From positions 129,227 to 193,226 of the forward strand of contig JBKQNC010000017.1 in assembly GCA_052326445.1 (NCBI GenBank): 64,000 nucleotides of DNA, written 5' to 3'. The notes under the pieces were generated by a model that was not told where the DNA came from, ran no database searches, and worked only from the letters and a program-made list of their open reading frames with translations. Origin of the DNA: Thermoplasmata archaeon. Lineage in GTDB: Archaea > Thermoplasmatota > Thermoplasmata > Lutacidiplasmatales > UBA184. The position numbers and the translations under genes are program-made. Within the stretch, counting starts at the first letter, position 1, and each line of letters starts with the position of its first letter. Positions 63,743 to 64,000 of the stretch are shown piece after piece.

Positions 63743-64000
63743 TTGCGGGCTGCGGCAACGGAGGTAACCTCTGACGGGAGTTCGTCGACCTCCGGGATCG
63801 GGGACGGTCCGGGTCCGCCTCTTTGCGACGACCCGGACGGCCGTGGGAACGGCGCGACTGGATTGGCCCATTCCCGCCGAGGGGATGACCGTGGGGGAAC
63901 TGCTGGCCGCGCTGGCGAAGGAGTACCCCGCCCTTCGTGGCCTCCTCGCGTCGAGCCGAATCTTTCTGGACGGGGAACTCCTCTCCGGAACCCACGACCG
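63743..64000 (+). CDS. MoaD/ThiS-like sulfur-carrier protein; 5' start unresolved, 3' end beyond the window
   Basis: Frame at 63812+3k reads VRVRLFATTRTAVGTARLDWPIPAEGMTVGELLAALAKEYPALRGLL...FLDGELL, typical MoaD topology. The only canonical in-frame start candidate is TTG at 63743; ATG 63884 would delete the first beta-strand. Confidence 0.4.
   Translation, partial: MRAAATEVTSDGSSSTSGIGDGPGPPLCDDPDGRGNGATGLAHSRRGDDRGGTAGRAGEGVPRPSWPPRVEPNLSGRGTPLRNPRP

Overview
High-GC (~65-70%) archaeal chromosomal segment that is densely coding on both strands. The long arginine-, proline- and glycine-rich antisense ORFs in the six-frame track are treated as GC artefacts. Archaeal hallmarks: archaeal-type SAM synthetase; aSUI1; the str operon (S12-S7-aEF2); the proteasome/exosome superoperon (psmA-SBDS-rrp4-rrp41-rrp42-L37ae-rpoP); RadB; family-B DNA polymerase; a two-subunit 2-oxoacid:ferredoxin oxidoreductase; an intron-containing tRNA-Trp; and AT-rich TATA-like boxes 25-40 nt upstream of several start codons, consistent with leaderless transcripts. 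Other content: bacterial-type uvrB, two ABC transporters, two Wzx-like flippases with a GT-C-like membrane protein, purine/pyrimidine and molybdopterin genes. No CRISPR array, transposase or integrase was seen. Most unusual items: a GcvH-like/TusA-like fusion convergent with a rhodanese; an IscA with a Cys/Gly tail; an iron-type ABC ATPase with a ~200-aa C-terminal extension; a PPC(DUF296)-Lhr pair; a uvrB/PP-loop/regulator string; a KNTase-like gene inserted antisense into the exosome superoperon; two lower-GC genes (TetR-SDR pair with a perfect palindrome; THEP1 NTPase); a UDG gene overlapping polB; a hairpin-rich convergent terminator region; and a ~300-nt GC-rich non-coding stretch. All identifications rest on motifs read by eye; no searches were run.
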